Under the pieces are notes generated by a model. The model searched no databases and was not told the DNA's origin. It was given only the letters and a program-made list of their open reading frames with translations. Of a DNA stretch of 64,000 nt, positions 1 to 10,700 are shown piece by piece. The stretch covers positions 2,322 through 66,321 of the forward strand of contig VFGE01000026.1 in the NCBI GenBank assembly GCA_009392515.1, read 5' to 3'. How positions within the stretch are numbered: the first letter of the stretch is position 1; each line of letters starts with the position of its first letter. The translations under genes and the position numbers were made by a program. Origin of the DNA: SAR202 cluster bacterium. Its GTDB lineage: Bacteria > Chloroflexota > Dehalococcoidia > Lucifugimonadales > UBA6952.

Positions 1-102
1 TCCATTTCAATAAATATTCAATCATGGATGTGAAAAAACACTTATTTTCACAAAATATATCAGTACGGATTTGACTGCTTATATAAAGAATAGGAAGTAA
101 AA

Positions 103-804
103 ATGGTAGAAAAAAAAGTATTAATATTTGATATGTATGAAACTTTAGTTATCAATACAACTGAACTCTGGACCCCAACATTTAATTCAATAGTTAATGA
201 ATTAGGTTTACATGTTTCTGGAAAATCTTTATGGGATTTATGGAAACCTCTAGAGGTAACATTTCGTGAGGAAAGATATGGGCCTGATTATCCATTTAAA
301 TCATATAGGCAAGCTTGGACTGAATGTTTTGAAAAAGTTTTTAATGATATGGAAGATGTTAAGGAAGGTGCTTCAGATTATGCAGCTGAAATGTGTGTGG
401 AAGGATGGTCAACCAGAGACGCTTACCCTGAATCAAAAAAGGTCTTAGATGTTTTGAAAGAACATGGATTTCTTATTGTTCTCTTATCAAATGCAGATAT
501 TGACTCAATTGAAAATCTAATTAAACTTCATAAATTTGATTTTGACTTTGTGGCGTGTTCAGAAAAAATTCAATCTTATAAACCAGAAGAAACTGCATAC
601 AATTATGTTTTACAAAATATGGGTATTTCTCCAGAATCCTGTCTTTATATCGGCGATTCTCAACATGATGATGTATTTGGTTCTAATAGGGTAGGTATGG
701 ATAGTGCATGGGTGAATCGTTATAATAATTCCCTTGACCCAGATTTACCAAAACCACAATATATATTAAAAAATTTGGAAGATTTAATACAGATATTGTT
801 ATGA
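103..804 (+). CDS. HAD-superfamily hydrolase (2-haloacid-dehalogenase-like subfamily)
   Basis: 233-aa ORF. HAD motifs are visible in the translation: LIFDMYETLV (Asp nucleophile motif), LLSNAD, YKPEE and IGDSQHDD. Ends in TGA. Confidence 0.8.
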   Translation: MVEKKVLIFDMYETLVINTTELWTPTFNSIVNELGLHVSGKSLWDLWKPLEVTFREERYGPDYPFKSYRQAWTECFEKVFNDMEDVKEGASDYAAEMCVEGWSTRDAYPESKKVLDVLKEHGFLIVLLSNADIDSIENLIKLHKFDFDFVACSEKIQSYKPEETAYNYVLQNMGISPESCLYIGDSQHDDVFGSNRVGMDSAWVNRYNNSLDPDLPKPQYILKNLEDLIQILL

Positions 805-832
805 AATAAATACCGTTTAAGTTGAGGTTCTT

Positions 833-1453
833 ATGAAAGTTAAATTAGATATAAATGGATTGATTCCAATTATTTGTCAAGATTCAATTACTAACCAAGT
901 TTTAATGTTGGGTTGGGGCAATATAGAATCAATAAACAAAACTATTGAATCTAATAAAGTCTGGTTTTACAGTCGAAGTAGAAATGAATTATGGTTGAAA
1001 GGAGAAACTTCAGGTAATTTTCTTAATCTTATATCTTTAACTCATGACTGTGATAACGATGTGATTTTAGCTATGGTTAGACCAGATGGCCCTGCGTGTC
1101 ACAAGGGTGAAATTTCTTGTTTCCATGATAATTTTACCGGGAATATTACTGAAATAGAATATTCTGAAACAACTAGTAGTATCATTGATCAACTATTTTC
1201 GACAATTGGTAATAGAAAAAAAGAATTACCAAACGGTAGCTACACATCAAAACTATTTCAAGACGGCACACCTCGGATAGCTCAAAAGGTTGTTGAAGAA
1301 TCTGGAGAAGTAGCCATCGCGGCTACCCTTTCTGATAAGAATGAACTTGTAAATGAAACAGCTGATTTGATATATCATATTCTAGTTTTATTACAAAGCT
1401 CGGATGTAGAATTAAGCCATGTATATGAAGAATTAATTTCTAGAATGAAGTGA
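833..1453 (+). CDS. hisIE: bifunctional phosphoribosyl-AMP cyclohydrolase / phosphoribosyl-ATP pyrophosphatase
   Basis: 206-aa ORF. HisI core: WFYSRSRNELWLKGETSGN, DCDNDVIL, GPACHKGEISCF. This is followed by a HisE-like C-terminal half: TSKLFQDG..RIAQKVVEESGEVAIAA..ADLIYHILVLL. Confidence 0.9.
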   Translation: MKVKLDINGLIPIICQDSITNQVLMLGWGNIESINKTIESNKVWFYSRSRNELWLKGETSGNFLNLISLTHDCDNDVILAMVRPDGPACHKGEISCFHDNFTGNITEIEYSETTSSIIDQLFSTIGNRKKELPNGSYTSKLFQDGTPRIAQKVVEESGEVAIAATLSDKNELVNETADLIYHILVLLQSSDVELSHVYEELISRMK

Positions 1454-1456
1454 TTA

Positions 1457-1669
1457 ATGCATAAATGGGAAAAATATTGGATTGCTTCAGGAATAATCAC
1501 CATGATTGGATTTCTTCTGGTTTACTTTTATCCATCATTAGCTGAGCCCATAGGACTAGTTTTGGTATGGTTAGTTGGATTATTAGGTTTATTTACATTA
1601 ATTTCATTTATTATTTTTTTACTTATTAGATTTAAACAATTAAAGAAGACAAAAACAAAAAATGGGTAA
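1457..1669 (+). CDS. small hypothetical membrane protein
   Basis: 70-aa ORF with two strongly hydrophobic segments and a basic KKTKTK tail. It overlaps the gcvT start by 8 nt. I recognise no family. Confidence 0.45.
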   Translation: MHKWEKYWIASGIITMIGFLLVYFYPSLAEPIGLVLVWLVGLLGLFTLISFIIFLLIRFKQLKKTKTKNG

Positions 1670-2738
1670 ACGAACCACTTTATATAATAATTATTTTGAA
1701 AAAGCAAAGATTGTTGATTTTCACGGCTGGGATCTTCCTATTCAGTTTAGTGGAATTATAAATGAAGTTAAATCAGTAAGATCAAATGTAGGAATATTTG
1801 ATGTTTCTCATATGGGAAGAATTATTTGTAATGGAGAATTAGTAGATGAGTTTTTGAATTACCTATTGACAGGAGATTTGCTGAATCTTGAGATTAACCA
1901 GGCTTCATATATGTTTTTATGTAATGAATATTGTGGAATTATAGACGATTTAGTAGCTTACAAAACTGATGCAAACGAAATCATGATTGTTTGTAATGCT
2001 AGTAATAAAGAGCAAGTAATAACTGTTTTGAAAAGATATCAATATTTAAACTCCGATTTTGGTAATATCATGATAGAAGACTTTACAGATACTTCTGGCA
2101 TGATTGCAGTTCAGGGACCAATGTCACAAGAAATAATGTGTAAATTGTTTAATATTGATCAACTAAGTATTAGAAGATTTAGACTTACACGAATTTCTTG
2201 CGAACAAGAAGATGTGATAATATCTAGAACCGGATATACAGGCGAAAATGGGTTTGAAATAATTTCAAGTGCAAAATTATCCTCTATATTATGGGATAAA
2301 TTAATAAATCTCGGTGCTATACCATGCGGACTTGGATCACGTGATGTGTTGCGTATAGAGGCAGGATTATCATTGCATGGAAATGATATTTCTTCCGATA
2401 TAAACCCTAAAGAAGCACAATTAGAGAGATTTGTTACTAACACTAAAGAAACTCTTTATAAACAAGCGTGGGATAATATCCAAAATACGCCTACAAAAAA
2501 AACGTTAATAGGGTTTATAATTAAAGGCAGGGGAATTCCAAGGATTAATAACTCGATATTTCTCAAGGGAGAATCAATTGGATATGTTACCAGTGGGACA
2601 TTTTCACCAACTTTGGATTTGTCCATAGGATTAGGATATGTTACTAAAAAACTAGATCCAAATTCAAATATAGAGGTTGAAATACGGGAAAAGAAATTTG
2701 ATGCAATTGTTACAAAACTACCTTTTCTAAGGAGATAA
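1662..2738 (+). CDS. gcvT: glycine cleavage system T protein (aminomethyltransferase)
   Basis: 358-aa ORF with GIFDVSHMGRI and ISRTGYTGENGFEI motifs. First gene of a gcvT-H-PA-PB block. Confidence 0.93.
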   Translation: MGKRTTLYNNYFEKAKIVDFHGWDLPIQFSGIINEVKSVRSNVGIFDVSHMGRIICNGELVDEFLNYLLTGDLLNLEINQASYMFLCNEYCGIIDDLVAYKTDANEIMIVCNASNKEQVITVLKRYQYLNSDFGNIMIEDFTDTSGMIAVQGPMSQEIMCKLFNIDQLSIRRFRLTRISCEQEDVIISRTGYTGENGFEIISSAKLSSILWDKLINLGAIPCGLGSRDVLRIEAGLSLHGNDISSDINPKEAQLERFVTNTKETLYKQAWDNIQNTPTKKTLIGFIIKGRGIPRINNSIFLKGESIGYVTSGTFSPTLDLSIGLGYVTKKLDPNSNIEVEIREKKFDAIVTKLPFLRR

Positions 2739-2741
2739 TAT

Positions 2742-3125
2742 ATGAGTCAAAATGAAATACGATATTCGAAAGAGCATGAATGGGTGAAATCTACTGAAGA
2801 AGGCTTAGTACTCATTGGTGTTACAAAATTTGCACAGGAACAAATGGGAGACGTAGTTTATGTCGAAATAGATGACGTAGGCACATCTTGTGATCAATTT
2901 GCAAAAGTTGGTGAAATTGAATCTGTTAAGGCAGTATCTGATTTATATACCCCTATAGGTGGTGAAATAGTTGAAATAAATCAAGAACTTATTAATAATC
3001 CTGAACTTGTTAATAACGACCCATTAAATGAGGGGTGGATGTTAAAGATAAAAGTTTTAGATATTCAAGAAATCAATAACTTGATGACTGAAGAAGAATA
3101 TAATAAATATATTCAACAATTATAA
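2742..3125 (+). CDS. gcvH: glycine cleavage system H protein
   Basis: 127-aa ORF with YSKEHEWV and the lipoyl-lysine motif ESVKAVSDLYTP. Confidence 0.95.
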   Translation: MSQNEIRYSKEHEWVKSTEEGLVLIGVTKFAQEQMGDVVYVEIDDVGTSCDQFAKVGEIESVKAVSDLYTPIGGEIVEINQELINNPELVNNDPLNEGWMLKIKVLDIQEINNLMTEEEYNKYIQQL

Positions 3126-3135
3126 AAGGATTTAT

Positions 3136-4455
3136 ATGAATAAACAGTTTCCATATATTGGGAATAGTGAAATTGAACAGGAAGCAATTCTTGAGTATTT
3201 AGGGATTAAATCTGCAGAAGATCTGTTTGTAGATATTCCAGAGGAATATAGAGACAGTAACCTTTCTGAAATACCATCTAGCATATCTGAAATGCAACTA
3301 GTAGAACATTTAACATTATTATCAGAAAAAAATATAAATCCTAATCCATCAAAATCTTTTATTGGTGCTGGTGCATATCATCATTACATTCCATCAACAG
3401 TTTTATCTTTAGCACAACGTGGAGAGTATTTAACTTCTTACACTCCTTATCAGGCTGAAGTAAGTCAAGGTACATTACAAGTCACTTATGAATTACAAAG
3501 CTTAATTAGCGAGTTATATGCAATGGATGTTGCTAATGCAGGGATGTATGAAGGTGGTTCAAGTTTGGCAGAAGCAGCTTTGATGGCTTGCCGGGTAAAA
3601 AATATATATAAGGTTGCCTGTTTATCCACAATAGCTCCGAGGTATAAGGAAGTTTTACAATCATACTTAGCCCCACAGTCCATTGAATTAATATTTTTGG
3701 ATACTAATGATTTAGATATGAAAAAAGACGAATATGCTTGCTTGATAGTTCAATACCCAAATTTTTATGGTTCTATTGAAGAAATGGGATATCTTTCCAA
3801 TATAGCACATGAATCTAATGCATTATTTGTAGTATCAGCTGATCCACTCGCAACAGTTATGTACAAGGCTCCAGGAGATTATGGGGCAGATATAGTTGTG
3901 GGGGAAGGACAAAGACTAGGTATCCCAATATCATTCGGTGGCCCTTATATTGGTCTTTTTGCTTGTAAAAGTGAATACCTTCGTCAAATGCCTGGTCGTA
4001 TTGTTGGTAAAACTATTGATAAGAGAGGTGATTCTGCTTTTGTTCTAACTTTACAAACTCGGGAGCAGCACATTAGAAGAGAAAGAGCTACTTCTAATAT
4101 ATGTACCAGTGAAGCTTTGATGGGATTAATGATGACTATATATGTAGCAACACTTGGTAAATCAGGATTAAAACAAGTAGCTTCTTCATGCTTTCACAAT
4201 GCTCATTATGCGGCAGAACAGATTTCTAAAATAGATGGTTTCGAGTTAATTAATTCTCAGCCCTTTTTTAATGAATTTGTTATATCTTGTCCAATATCAC
4301 CTAAACTCATTAATAAAAATCTTAACAAACTAGGAATTATTGGGGGTTTAGATATAAGTGATCAAGTTGATAATGGGGTATTGTTTTGTTTTACTGAAAT
4401 TCATTCTAAGGAATCCATTGATTTCTTAGTAGACAGTCTTAAACAGGTAAATTAA
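3136..4455 (+). CDS. gcvPA: glycine dehydrogenase (decarboxylating) subunit 1
   Basis: 439-aa ORF with TSYTPYQAEVSQGTLQ. Sits between gcvH and gcvPB. Confidence 0.93.
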   Translation: MNKQFPYIGNSEIEQEAILEYLGIKSAEDLFVDIPEEYRDSNLSEIPSSISEMQLVEHLTLLSEKNINPNPSKSFIGAGAYHHYIPSTVLSLAQRGEYLTSYTPYQAEVSQGTLQVTYELQSLISELYAMDVANAGMYEGGSSLAEAALMACRVKNIYKVACLSTIAPRYKEVLQSYLAPQSIELIFLDTNDLDMKKDEYACLIVQYPNFYGSIEEMGYLSNIAHESNALFVVSADPLATVMYKAPGDYGADIVVGEGQRLGIPISFGGPYIGLFACKSEYLRQMPGRIVGKTIDKRGDSAFVLTLQTREQHIRRERATSNICTSEALMGLMMTIYVATLGKSGLKQVASSCFHNAHYAAEQISKIDGFELINSQPFFNEFVISCPISPKLINKNLNKLGIIGGLDISDQVDNGVLFCFTEIHSKESIDFLVDSLKQVN

Positions 4456-4468
4456 TGGGATATCTAAT

Positions 4469-5926
4469 ATGAGTGAGTATAATAAAATGCCTTTGTTGAT
4501 GGATTTAAGTCGAAAGGATAAATTTGGAGTCAGTTTATCTGATATAGATGTACCATTGGCAGATTTACCGGAATCGTCACTTTTGCGTGAAGATATACAA
4601 TTACCAGAGTTGTCACAGTTAGATGTTGTTCGATACTTTACAAATTTAAGTCAAATGAATTATTCAATTGATACACAATTCTATCCTTTAGGTAGTTGTA
4701 CTATGAAGTATAACCCTAAAATTAATGATCAATTAGCATCTCTTAAAGGATTTAGTAATATACATCCGTTGGCTGAACAATCTTTGGTTCAAGGATCTTT
4801 AGAATTGATGTTTAATCTACAAAATTATCTATCCAATATTTCAGGGATGACTGCGACTAGTTTATCTACTATGGCTGGTGCTCAGGGGGAGTTAGCTGGA
4901 GTCTTAATGATAAAAGCTTTTCATGAGAAACAATCTTCTTCTTCAAAACGGAATATAATTTTAATACCAGATAGTGCACATGGAACAAATCCAGCATCAG
5001 CATCAATGGCAGGTTTCTCTGTAAAATCTATTCCTTCAGACCAAAACGGGAATATGGATATCGATATTTTAAAAGAGAACGCTAATGAAAATCTCGCAGG
5101 TATTATGTTGACTCTTCCGAGTACATTAGGGTTATTTGATAATCAAATCGTTGAAATATGTAAGATAATTCACGAAGCTGGTGGTTTAGTATACGGCGAT
5201 GGAGCAAATATGAATGCATGGATGGGTCAGACTAAATTAGGTGATTTGGGATTTGATGTTATTCATATAAACCTACATAAAACCTTTAGTACCCCTCATG
5301 GAGGAGGAGGTCCTGGAGCTGGCCCAGTTTGTGTAAATGATACTTTGTTAAATTATTTACCTGGTCCAATAGTTGAGCGAAATAATAACATATATGAATT
5401 TATTGAAATGCCATATACGATAGGTCACCTTGGTGCTTTTCATGGAAATTTTGGAGTGTTAGTAAGAGCTTATTGTTATATCAGGGCTCTAGGTAAAGAA
5501 GGTATACCAGAAGTAAGTAAAAATGCTGTTATGAATGCGAATTATATTATGAATAAATTAAAACATGCATATGATATAGGATTTGAAAATAGATCTATAT
5601 GTATGCACGAAGTTGTATTTACAGCTAAAAAACAAAAACAAAATGGAGTTAAAGGCTTAGATATAGCGAAAAGATTACTAGATTATGGTTATCATGCACC
5701 AACTATGTATTTCCCTTTAATTGTAGATGAAGCTTTGATGGTTGAGCCTACTGAGTCTGAATCAAAGGACACCTTAGATAAATTTATTGATGCTATGTTG
5801 CAAATTGCAGATGAATGTGAAAATAATTCTGAATTATTACACGAGGCACCTCATAATACACCTGTACAAAGACTAGATGAAGCTTTAGCTGCACGAAAAC
5901 CAAACCTCAGATGGTCTAGAGAATAA
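4469..5926 (+). CDS. gcvPB: glycine dehydrogenase (decarboxylating) subunit 2
   Basis: 485-aa ORF with the PLP-lysine region INLHKTFSTPHGGGGPGAGP. Confidence 0.93.
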   Translation: MSEYNKMPLLMDLSRKDKFGVSLSDIDVPLADLPESSLLREDIQLPELSQLDVVRYFTNLSQMNYSIDTQFYPLGSCTMKYNPKINDQLASLKGFSNIHPLAEQSLVQGSLELMFNLQNYLSNISGMTATSLSTMAGAQGELAGVLMIKAFHEKQSSSSKRNIILIPDSAHGTNPASASMAGFSVKSIPSDQNGNMDIDILKENANENLAGIMLTLPSTLGLFDNQIVEICKIIHEAGGLVYGDGANMNAWMGQTKLGDLGFDVIHINLHKTFSTPHGGGGPGAGPVCVNDTLLNYLPGPIVERNNNIYEFIEMPYTIGHLGAFHGNFGVLVRAYCYIRALGKEGIPEVSKNAVMNANYIMNKLKHAYDIGFENRSICMHEVVFTAKKQKQNGVKGLDIAKRLLDYGYHAPTMYFPLIVDEALMVEPTESESKDTLDKFIDAMLQIADECENNSELLHEAPHNTPVQRLDEALAARKPNLRWSRE

Positions 5927-5935
5927 TGATGTTTT

Positions 5936-6298
5936 ATGAAAAAAGATGTTGAAAACGAAATTGAAGAACTCTTAGAACAGATAGAAAATAAATATCAAAA
6001 TCATAATAATCCATCTTTGCTTGATTATGTAGTATCAATAATTAAGAAACTGAACATTGTAAAAATTTTCAGCTCGATATTAATAATAATTTTATCTATA
6101 TTAATGATCACCAATGGCGTTATTACTTTAGAATCTTTGGCAATATTAGCTGTTTTCTTAATTATTATTGTTATTGGTTTTTCAATATTTAGGCAATACC
6201 AAAGACCAGTGAAACGTTGGAGAGGTGAAATAATTGAAGATTATTACAACAGAAAAACAGTTATTCAAATATTAAAATCATTTTTTACAAAAAAATGA
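5936..6298 (+). CDS. hypothetical membrane protein
   Basis: 120-aa ORF with an acidic N-terminus followed by two hydrophobic helices. I recognise no family. Confidence 0.5.
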   Translation: MKKDVENEIEELLEQIENKYQNHNNPSLLDYVVSIIKKLNIVKIFSSILIIILSILMITNGVITLESLAILAVFLIIIVIGFSIFRQYQRPVKRWRGEIIEDYYNRKTVIQILKSFFTKK

Positions 6299-6300
6299 TT

Positions 6301-6741
6301 TTACCCTAAAAGTCCGAAACCACGTTTACGTATTGCAAGGTTTACAAACGTCTCTGATCTTTTGATTCCTGGAGCTGTAGCAATACTTGTTCTCAATAAT
6401 TTTCCTAATTCTTCTGTAGAAGGTACCGCAACCCAAACAAAAATATCGAAAGAACCTGTAGTTAGTGCGACATATTGGGTTTCTCGAAGGTTTGATAAGT
6501 AATTTGCCACATCGTCAATTTTGTCAGGGTCACTTTCAATTCCAATTAGCGCAACAGTGTTGTAGCCAATCTTTTGAGGATCGGGTATAGCCATAATTCT
6601 TACTGTTTCGTTTTGAATTAGTTTTCGTATTCTTCGGCGTATAGTACCTTCACTAACACCTAAATCTCTAGCTATTTCTGCATTTGAAATTCTACCGTTG
6701 TCACGAAGAATTTGAATGATTTTTTCATCAAGTCTGTCCAT
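6301..6741 (-). CDS. Lrp/AsnC-family transcriptional regulator
   Basis: 146-aa ORF. N-terminal HTH: LDEKIIQILRDNGRISNAEIARDLGVSEGTIRRRIRKL. C-terminal RAM/AsnC_trans_reg-like domain. Confidence 0.9.
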   Translation of the reverse strand: MDRLDEKIIQILRDNGRISNAEIARDLGVSEGTIRRRIRKLIQNETVRIMAIPDPQKIGYNTVALIGIESDPDKIDDVANYLSNLRETQYVALTTGSFDIFVWVAVPSTEELGKLLRTSIATAPGIKRSETFVNLAIRKRGFGLLG

Positions 6742-6766
6742 AAATTGTGCTTATCCTTTAATTAAG

Positions 6767-6784
6767 TTGTGAATATTATCACAA
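6767..6784. promoter_or_regulatory. near-perfect 18-bp palindrome TTGTGAATATTATCACAA, candidate operator
   Basis: 7 of 9 positions are self-complementary. The site lies 26-43 bp upstream of the Lrp/AsnC start codon, and AsnC-type regulators commonly autoregulate. Function is inferred only. Confidence 0.3.
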
Positions 6785-6795
6785 TTAAATTATAT

Positions 6796-6820
6796 AAAAA
6801 GTTGTTGGAAATAACAACAA
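6796..6820 (-). terminator. weak rho-independent terminator after moaE
   Basis: The minus strand reads GTTGTT-ATTTCC-AACAAC followed by TTTTTATAT, about 60 nt after the moaE stop. The stem is AT-rich. Confidence 0.4.
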
Positions 6821-6879
6821 TATATGAATTATAAAACTTGTTTATTAAATATATTAACGATATTCGTACATAAAGTGCA

Positions 6880-7308
6880 TTAAGAATTAATCCAAGATGC
6901 ACTATTTTCAAAGTGTTCTTTTTTCCAAATAGGAACATCTTTTTTCAGCCGATTTATTACGTATTGAATTGCATCAAATGAGGCTTGTCTGTGAGCTGAG
7001 GAAACTGACACAACAAGACTAGTTTCGCCAATATCAACCGTCCCTATTCTGTGAGCAACAATAATATCGTGTATTTCCCATCTTTCAAAAATTTCTTTTT
7101 CAATTTCTTCAAGCATTAATTTAGCCATAGGTTCGTAACATTCATATTCTAATTTTGTTACTTTTTGTCCGTCAGTATATTCTCTTGTTACACCTTCGAA
7201 TACTAAAATCGAACCACAGGATTCCTTTGATAATTCTTCGGTATATTTAGTAGTATTTAATATATTTTTTGTTATATATATCAAGTTTTCCCTTTTCTTA
7301 TCCTCCAC
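6880..7308 (-). CDS. moaE: molybdopterin synthase catalytic subunit
   Basis: 142-aa ORF with ILVFEGVTRE, VAHRIG..GETSLVVSVSSAHRQASFDA and PIWKKE. Overlaps moaD by 11 nt. Confidence 0.85.
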   Translation of the reverse strand: MEDKKRENLIYITKNILNTTKYTEELSKESCGSILVFEGVTREYTDGQKVTKLEYECYEPMAKLMLEEIEKEIFERWEIHDIIVAHRIGTVDIGETSLVVSVSSAHRQASFDAIQYVINRLKKDVPIWKKEHFENSASWINS

Positions 7309-7543
7309 TAGCTGGAGGGATCAGTGCCATTTCGTCATTATTATTTAATTTATAGCTATTTTCGACATATGTCATATTCACAGCAATCATAATGCTTTCA
7401 AAGTAAGGTGCAATGTCTGGTATTTCTTTTTTTACGATATCGATTACATCACTCACAATAGCTGTTTCAGACACATCTAATTGTAATGAAGATTGCTTTG
7501 CAATTTCTCTTAGATTTGCAAATAAAAGTATGTTTATTTTCAA
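7298..7543 (-). CDS. moaD: molybdopterin synthase sulfur-carrier subunit
   Basis: 81-aa beta-grasp-sized ORF ending in PPASGG (C-terminal Gly-Gly). Lies directly upstream of moaE. Confidence 0.75.
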   Translation of the reverse strand: MKINILLFANLREIAKQSSLQLDVSETAIVSDVIDIVKKEIPDIAPYFESIMIAVNMTYVENSYKLNNNDEMALIPPASGG

Positions 7544-7740
7544 TTGGTGCCTACTTTACATGGAGTTTGTTAATTATATTATATGATTTAGTAATATATA
7601 AATCAAAAAACTCTATCATAAGCTATTTACTTTATATCCTTGATTACATAGTTATAATAATCTTTTGTCTCATATAGATTGTTAAAAAACCAGTGAAATA
7701 GTAATATTATTTAAACTACACTTTACTAGGAGAAATTTAA

Positions 7741-10700
7741 ATGTTTGAACCCGTTAATTCTAGACCAGATTTTATAGGTCTAGAATATGAAATGATGAAA
7801 TTTTGGGATGAAGAAAGCATTGTTCAGCAATACTTAAATAAAAACAATGATGCAGATAAAAAATATTCATTTATTGATGGACCTATTACAGCAAATAACC
7901 CTATGGGAGTTCATCACGCATGGGGGAGAACTTACAAAGATTTATATCAACGATATAAAACAATGCAAGGGTATGAGCAAAGGTATCAAAATGGATTTGA
8001 TGGACAGGGGCTTTGGATTGAAGTTGAAGTAGAAAAAGAACTTGGTTTCAAATCGAAAAAAGATATTGAAAAATTTGGTATTGATAAATTTGTTGAATTA
8101 TGTAAACAAAGAGTAGATAAGTTTTCAGGTATACAAACAGAACAATCTATCCGCTTAGGTTATTGGATGGATTGGGATAACTCTTATCATACTAAATCAG
8201 ATGAAAATAATTACACTATATGGCATTTCTTAAAAGTATGTTATGAAAAAGGTCTTTTGTATGAAGGTAATGACGTTATGCCATGGTGCAGAAGATGCGG
8301 AACTGGTTTGTCCGAACATGAAATTGTTACAGAAGGATATCAAGAAGTTACTCATAAAAGTGTGTTTGTAAAATTTCAAATACAAAATACTGATAATGAA
8401 TTTTTAATAATCTGGACGACCACACCTTGGACTCTTCCTGCAAATATTGCTGCTGCTGTTAATCCTGAATCTATATATATCAAGGTGGAACAAAACCAAG
8501 AATATTATTATATTGCCAAAAATACTGTTTCATTTTTGAAAGGCCCATATGAAATTGTGGAAGAAATTAAAGGTGAAACTTTAGTTGGAATGGAATATAT
8601 TGGCCCTTTTGACAATTTAACAATACAGAAAGAAGTAATTCATAAAGTTATCCCGTGGGAAGAAGTGGGTGATGAGGGAACTGGTATTGTACATATTGCA
8701 CCTGGTGCTGGTAAGGAAGATTATGCTTTAGGAAAAAAATATAATCTAACAACTATTGCTCCAATTGATGATTCTGGAGACTATGTTGAAGGTTTTGACA
8801 AATATACTGGTATGAATGTGTCTAATGTAAATGATGAGATATTCAAAGAACTGAAAGAGAAAAATATTTTATACAAAATAGAACAGATTAAGCATAGATA
8901 TCCAGTTTGTTGGAGGTGTGGTGAAGAATTAGTATTTCGTTTAGTCTCTGAATGGTTTATTTCAGTTGACCCTTTTCGAGAACAAATTATGGATGTTACC
9001 CGTAAGATTAAATGGATACCAGAGTTTGGATTAGCTCGAGAATTAGATTGGCTAAAAAATATGGACGACTGGATGATTTCAAAAAAGCGATATTATGGCT
9101 TGGCTTTACCAATTTATAAATGTGAAGAATGTAACGAATTTGAAGTCATTGGATCTGAGTTTGAACTCAAAGAACGAGCAATTGAAGGTTGGGATTTATT
9201 TGAAGGTCACTCACCACATAAACCTTGGGTCGATTATGTCAAAATCGATTGTAAAAGTTGTAAATCTCCTTTATCAAGAATTAAAGATGTAGGTAATCCA
9301 TGGTTAGATGCAGGTATAGTTCCTTATTCAACTTTGAAATATAGATCTGATAAAGATTATTGGAGCAAATGGTTCCCAGCTGATTGGATTTCTGAAAGCT
9401 TTCCGGGACAATTTCGAAACTGGTTTTATTCTATGTTGGCAATGAGTACTGTTTTGGAAAATACAGAACCATATCAAAATGTGTTTAGTTACGCTTTGAT
9501 GCGCGATGAAAAAGGTGATGAAATGCACAAAAGCAAAGGTAACGCAATATGGTTTGAAGATGCAGCGGATGAAATGGGAGTTGACTCCATGCGTTGGTTA
9601 TATTCTCGTCAAAATCCAGCTAATAATCTTAACTTTGGTTTTAACGTTGCAAATGAGGTTAAGAGAAGATTTTTAATTCCATTATGGAATGTATATTCAT
9701 TTTTTGTAACTTATGCAAATATTGATGACTTCATCCCTTCCCAAGAAGATCGAAGATATACTAATTATTTGGATAGATGGATTATCTCTGAACTAAATGA
9801 ATTAGTAGAATTTGTGACAAATAACTTGGATAATTATGATTCGGCAGCAGCGAGTTATAAAGTTGAAGAATTTATAGAGTTGCTATCAAATTGGTATGTT
9901 AGAAGGAATAGAAGAAGATTTTGGAAGTCTGAAAATGACGAAGATAAACAACTTGCATATCAGGCTCTGTATGAATGTTTGAATACTTTGTGTCATTTAT
10001 TAGCGCCATTTATGCCATTTATAACAGATAAAATTTATCAAAATCTTGTTCGTTCACATAGTAATCAAAGTCCTAAAAGTGTTCATTTAGGTCATTGGCC
10101 GAAGCCTGATGCAAGTCTTATTGACCCCAATTTATCATCTCAGGTTAGACTATCAAAAACTCTTGTTAGTTTGGGTAGGTCTGTTCGACAAAAAACAGGT
10201 ATAAGAGTAAGACAACCTATTTCACAAATCATAATATCAGGAGCATTTATTTCTGATAATGAATTACAAGAATATATGAATCAACAAATTAGTGAAGAAT
10301 TAAACGTCAAAGAAGTTATTTTTGATAATCAGATAGAAGGAATTTTTAAATATATTGTAAATTTAAGGTATGATTTATTAGGCCCAAGGTTAGGAAATGA
10401 TATTAATATTGTTGCAAATGGCCTGAAAAATATAGATTCTGATTTAATTGCCAGAGAAGTGATATCTAAAGGTAGTGTTCAGATTGATGGTATTGATATA
10501 GATAAGGAAGAACTAAATATTCAGATTGAGGATATAAGCCATTTTTCTTCTATATATGAAAATAACTATGTAGTATCACTTAATACGACCTTAGATGCAA
10601 ATTTAATTAATGAAGGTATAGCAAGAGAATTTATTCATAATGTACAAAATATTCGCAAGGAAGCTGGATTTAATATCGAAGATAGAATCTCTATTGAATT

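Noticed and set aside
1-102. A possible minus-strand gene start (CAT at 23-25) and a 7-bp hairpin GTGAAAA..TTTTCAC at the left edge of the window.
   Set aside because: Only 8 codons would fall inside the window, so no protein evidence is possible. The hairpin is short and AT-rich with no clear context.
1454-1661. A possible glycine riboswitch in front of gcvT. This is the usual location in many bacteria, and the only thing annotated there is a 70-aa ORF.
   Set aside because: The stretch contains none of the conserved glycine-aptamer cores (GGAGAG..., ACCGAAGGGGCAA-like segments). It is extremely AT-rich with no obvious paired helices. It translates into a coherent two-helix hydrophobic peptide that overlaps the gcvT start, so a small membrane protein is the better reading.
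1451-1669. The hisIE TGA stop is in frame with the following 70-aa membrane ORF (..SRMK-TGA-L-MHKWEKYW..). This raises the possibility of read-through or a second Sec site.
   Set aside because: HisIE ends at its normal C-terminus, and no Cys or redox motif surrounds the TGA. I could fold no hairpin after it. Being in frame has a one-in-three chance, and fusing a membrane anchor to a cytosolic His enzyme makes no biological sense.
7544-7740. A T-box leader upstream of ileS, or a Moco riboswitch upstream of moaD, in the 197-bp divergent spacer.
   Set aside because: There is no T-box consensus (AATTAGGGTGGTACCGCG-like) and no specifier or terminator-antiterminator arrangement. The region is too AT-rich and unstructured for the Moco RNA motif.
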